A stretch of 27,715 nt of DNA, taken from Candidatus Hermodarchaeum yapensis (GTDB lineage: Archaea > Asgardarchaeota > Hermodarchaeia > Hermodarchaeales > Hermodarchaeaceae). Below the pieces are notes generated by a model that saw only the letters and a program-made list of their open reading frames with translations, had not been told where the DNA came from and did not search any database. Position 1 is the stretch's first letter; every line of letters starts with the position of its first letter. The DNA lies in the NCBI GenBank assembly GCA_016840405.1, contig JAEOSK010000035.1, positions 1 to 27,715 of the forward strand. The letters run 5' to 3'. A program made the translations under genes and the position numbers. Shown here one piece after another: positions 25,183 through 27,715 of this stretch.

Positions 25183-26973
25183 TTAGTTTCCCTCCTCCTT
25201 TTGGTTTAATCTTCGAACATAAGATAATGCGCCGGGTAACCTCTCAAAAATTCGTTGGTAATGCTGTGAACTACGCATCAGTTCATCATGGGTGCCCGAA
25301 GCGATGAGCTCGCCTTTATCGACAATTAAAATCAAGTCTGATTCTAGAAGTGTTCGGAGTCGTTGAGTTACTGTGACACTGGTTCGATTTTTCATAACCT
25401 CATTTAATGCCTTTCGAAGGGAGAACTCAGTTTCTGCATCTATGGCACTGACCGAATCATCCAGAAGCAGGATTTTCGGATTTTGGACAATGGTACGGGC
25501 AATGGCTAATCGTTGACGTTGACCACCACTAAGGGTCATTCCCCGTTCTCCGATGATTGTGTCATAGCTTTCGGGTAATTGGGTGATGAATTCGTGTGCT
25601 TGTGCCTTTTTTGCTGCCTCCACGATCTCTTCTTCACTGGCATCCACACGACCAAAGCCAATGTTATCGTGAATACTCATTCGAAAGAGAAAGATATCTT
25701 GCTCTACGAGACCAACAGCAGCTCGAACATCCCGTGTTGTTAAATTGTGGAGGTCAACGCCACCAATCTGTATGCGTCCTTTGGTGGGATCATAAAGGCG
25801 CAAAAGCAGTTTCAGAATGGTACTTTTTCCGCCTCCGGGTCCCCCAATGAGGGCAACACGAGAGCCACTGGGAATAGTGAAGTTAATGTTTTTGAGTGAA
25901 TAGGTTCCATTATGCCCGTTTTCGTTTGAATATTGAAAACTCACATTATCGAAGACAATGTCACCAGTCCAGTCAACATCAGTGAACGGCTGTTTGGGCT
26001 CTTGCAATGGATCTTTCCAGTTGAGTAGATTAATAATCCGTTGGGCATTGACATGACCACCTCGAATAACGAGTAGAAATCGGGGAAGCATGAAGCTAAA
26101 TCCCTCGACCGCCGCAAGAAGTCCAAGAATGGACACTAATGTCCCCACAGTGAAGACCCCGGTAATTACTTGAAAGGCACCGAAAATGAAGGTACTTGCA
26201 GTGATTCCGGTTAGAATTAAGGTCGGAATATAGAAGGATGCAAGTCGACCTTCACGCGCTGTGAGTTGCTCATAAACTCCGGTTATCTTGCTGAATTTCT
26301 CTTCTTCTTCCGTCTCTGTGCCAAAGGCTCTCACTACTTCGATACCGCGAAAGACTTCTTGGCTCACAGCGGTGAGTTTCTCGTTTTGTTCCGAACGAGC
26401 ACGCCTTACGGGCTCTACTTTCACTGCATACCGATATGCAAAGAAAAGGTACAGGGGGGCGCCAACAAGTGTGATGAGTCCTAGCCATGGGCTGATCAAT
26501 GCGAGTAAGAAAATGGCGATGATTAAGGTTCCAATTGCTGTGATGATATTTCGTAGAGCTGGATTCAACGAGAATCGAACCCAGCGGACATCTTGCATTG
26601 CAACTGCGAGTAATTGTTTACTATCAACTTGGTCATGAAACGTCATGCTATTTTCCTGAACCAACTCGAAAAATTCCTGGCGTGCATCCCGTTCCCATCG
26701 CAAGGTTATCACTGCAAAAGCATAGCCTACCAATAAGATTGTAACAAACAAGGCACCTGCGACAATCAAAATGAGTTGAACTTGGCTAACGAATGCTGGT
26801 GTAAAACCCGCAGTTTCAAGGATATCTATTGCATTTCCAACAATCAAAGCTGGGAGAGTCGTCAGATAGGCGGCAAAAAGTGCGAGAGCTGTCGCTAAAA
26901 GAGTGACACCGGGATATCGGCGTAATGCGGCTAATTGGTAGCTAGAGGCACTCTTGTATTTCACGTCAGACAC
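25183..26973 (-). CDS. Heterodimeric ABC exporter subunit (TMD+NBD) with degenerate catalytic residues
   Basis: GGPGGGKST, LSGGQ, LLLDD (E->D), TQR (H->Q). GTG 26973 is the likely start; the ORF is open to 27009. Confidence 0.93.
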   Translation of the reverse strand: MSDVKYKSASSYQLAALRRYPGVTLLATALALFAAYLTTLPALIVGNAIDILETAGFTPAFVSQVQLILIVAGALFVTILLVGYAFAVITLRWERDARQEFFELVQENSMTFHDQVDSKQLLAVAMQDVRWVRFSLNPALRNIITAIGTLIIAIFLLALISPWLGLITLVGAPLYLFFAYRYAVKVEPVRRARSEQNEKLTAVSQEVFRGIEVVRAFGTETEEEEKFSKITGVYEQLTAREGRLASFYIPTLILTGITASTFIFGAFQVITGVFTVGTLVSILGLLAAVEGFSFMLPRFLLVIRGGHVNAQRIINLLNWKDPLQEPKQPFTDVDWTGDIVFDNVSFQYSNENGHNGTYSLKNINFTIPSGSRVALIGGPGGGKSTILKLLLRLYDPTKGRIQIGGVDLHNLTTRDVRAAVGLVEQDIFLFRMSIHDNIGFGRVDASEEEIVEAAKKAQAHEFITQLPESYDTIIGERGMTLSGGQRQRLAIARTIVQNPKILLLDDSVSAIDAETEFSLRKALNEVMKNRTSVTVTQRLRTLLESDLILIVDKGELIASGTHDELMRSSQHYQRIFERLPGALSYVRRLNQKEEGN

Positions 26974-27111
26974 GAATTCAGACTCCCTTGATTGCTGTAC
27001 CCAGCACATTCACCTTACTTTTAGAACCATCGGTTTTACAGAAATGGCGATAGCCGATACCAATTCATATTTGAAGAAGGAAGTCCTGTTAATACAGGGA
27101 GTGAATATTTC

Positions 27112-27715
27112 TTGAGGCACAGCAATCTCAGGCACGATTACATGGTAGCCTTGGCGCTTTGTGGTCTGGGTTGCCTTTTCATTGGATCAACAATTGTGTT
27201 TCCCATTTTTGTCTCTTCTAGTTCTTTAACACTTCACGGTTATGGAGGACGGTATTATGGTGAGGTGGCTCCGTATTTTGGTACCGTATCCGAAAATGCC
27301 ACCGAATTTGTCGTTACTCCTGATCCCGATATCTATTGGGATCTCATAGTTGAAATCAGGAACTTCTACACAAATAATTCGTCAGTAACACTCATTTTTG
27401 CCACGCCTACCCACAACGAGACCGTTCCAAATTTCTATAATCTTACAAATGAACCAATCAATCGTGAATTCTATGTATGGCATTCTGATTTTTCTCTTAT
27501 CATTCAATACGATATGGCTCCAGCAAATTTTTCCTTTTGGGTCTTAGTGAACGGTATACTCCCAATTCCTCCACACATTCCAATATCTTTGAGATTTCCT
27601 TTAGATATCATTTTGCTCGTTTTTGGAATCCTACTTATTCTCATTGGGTTGAGTAAATACCGCTTCGAAAAACTGTTTATCCAGAATCGACTATGGAGAC
27701 GAGCCTTGATATTTT
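27112..27715 (+). CDS. N-terminal part of a membrane protein with a glycosylation-sequon-rich extracellular domain (runs off the window)
   Basis: Frame is open from TTG 27112 / ATG 27142 to the window end. TM ALALCGLGCLFIG..., sequons NAT, NNS, NET, NLT, NFS, second TM IILLVFGILLILIGL. Confidence 0.7.
   Translation, partial: MRHSNLRHDYMVALALCGLGCLFIGSTIVFPIFVSSSSLTLHGYGGRYYGEVAPYFGTVSENATEFVVTPDPDIYWDLIVEIRNFYTNNSSVTLIFATPTHNETVPNFYNLTNEPINREFYVWHSDFSLIIQYDMAPANFSFWVLVNGILPIPPHIPISLRFPLDIILLVFGILLILIGLSKYRFEKLFIQNRLWRRALIF

Noticed and set aside
477-26638. Numerous short overlapping or antisense ORFs in the track (e.g. 801..1226, 1568..1885, 1617..1982, 2469..2858, 5197..5574, 13933..14292, 22224..22622)
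   Set aside because: They are shadows of well-supported genes, with low-complexity or skew-driven composition and no recognisable motifs.

Overview
Archaeal genomic window: TATA/BRE-like promoters, GGTGA ribosome-binding sites, DUF2299 and zinc-ribbon membrane proteins, and a Ras/Rab-like GTPase remnant that suggests an Asgard lineage (inference). Most genes are metabolic or accessory: Yip1-domain protein, MarR/GbsR regulator, membrane-anchored nucleoside hydrolase, two radical SAM enzymes, AbgB-like M20 hydrolase, GNAT, GH39, methyltransferase, stand-alone ATP cone, SDR epimerase, TsaA/TrmO, Ser/Thr dehydratase, SRAP and a heterodimeric ABC exporter. Three genes look disrupted (HTH-LAGLIDADG, small GTPase, ogt). 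The most interesting signals are non-coding and absent from the ORF track. (i) An orphan TnpB-type omega-RNA / IS200-IS605 right end (16747-16888) with a candidate promoter and no tnpB or tnpA. (ii) A ~136-nt, promoter-preceded structured RNA candidate with a 7-bp terminal stem ending in UCCA and a pyrimidine-rich loop, upstream of a B12-radical SAM operon (22053-22188, minus strand). (iii) A stand-alone small transcription unit encoding a 30-aa basic peptide (14557-14887). All structures were paired by eye; no searches or folding programs were run.
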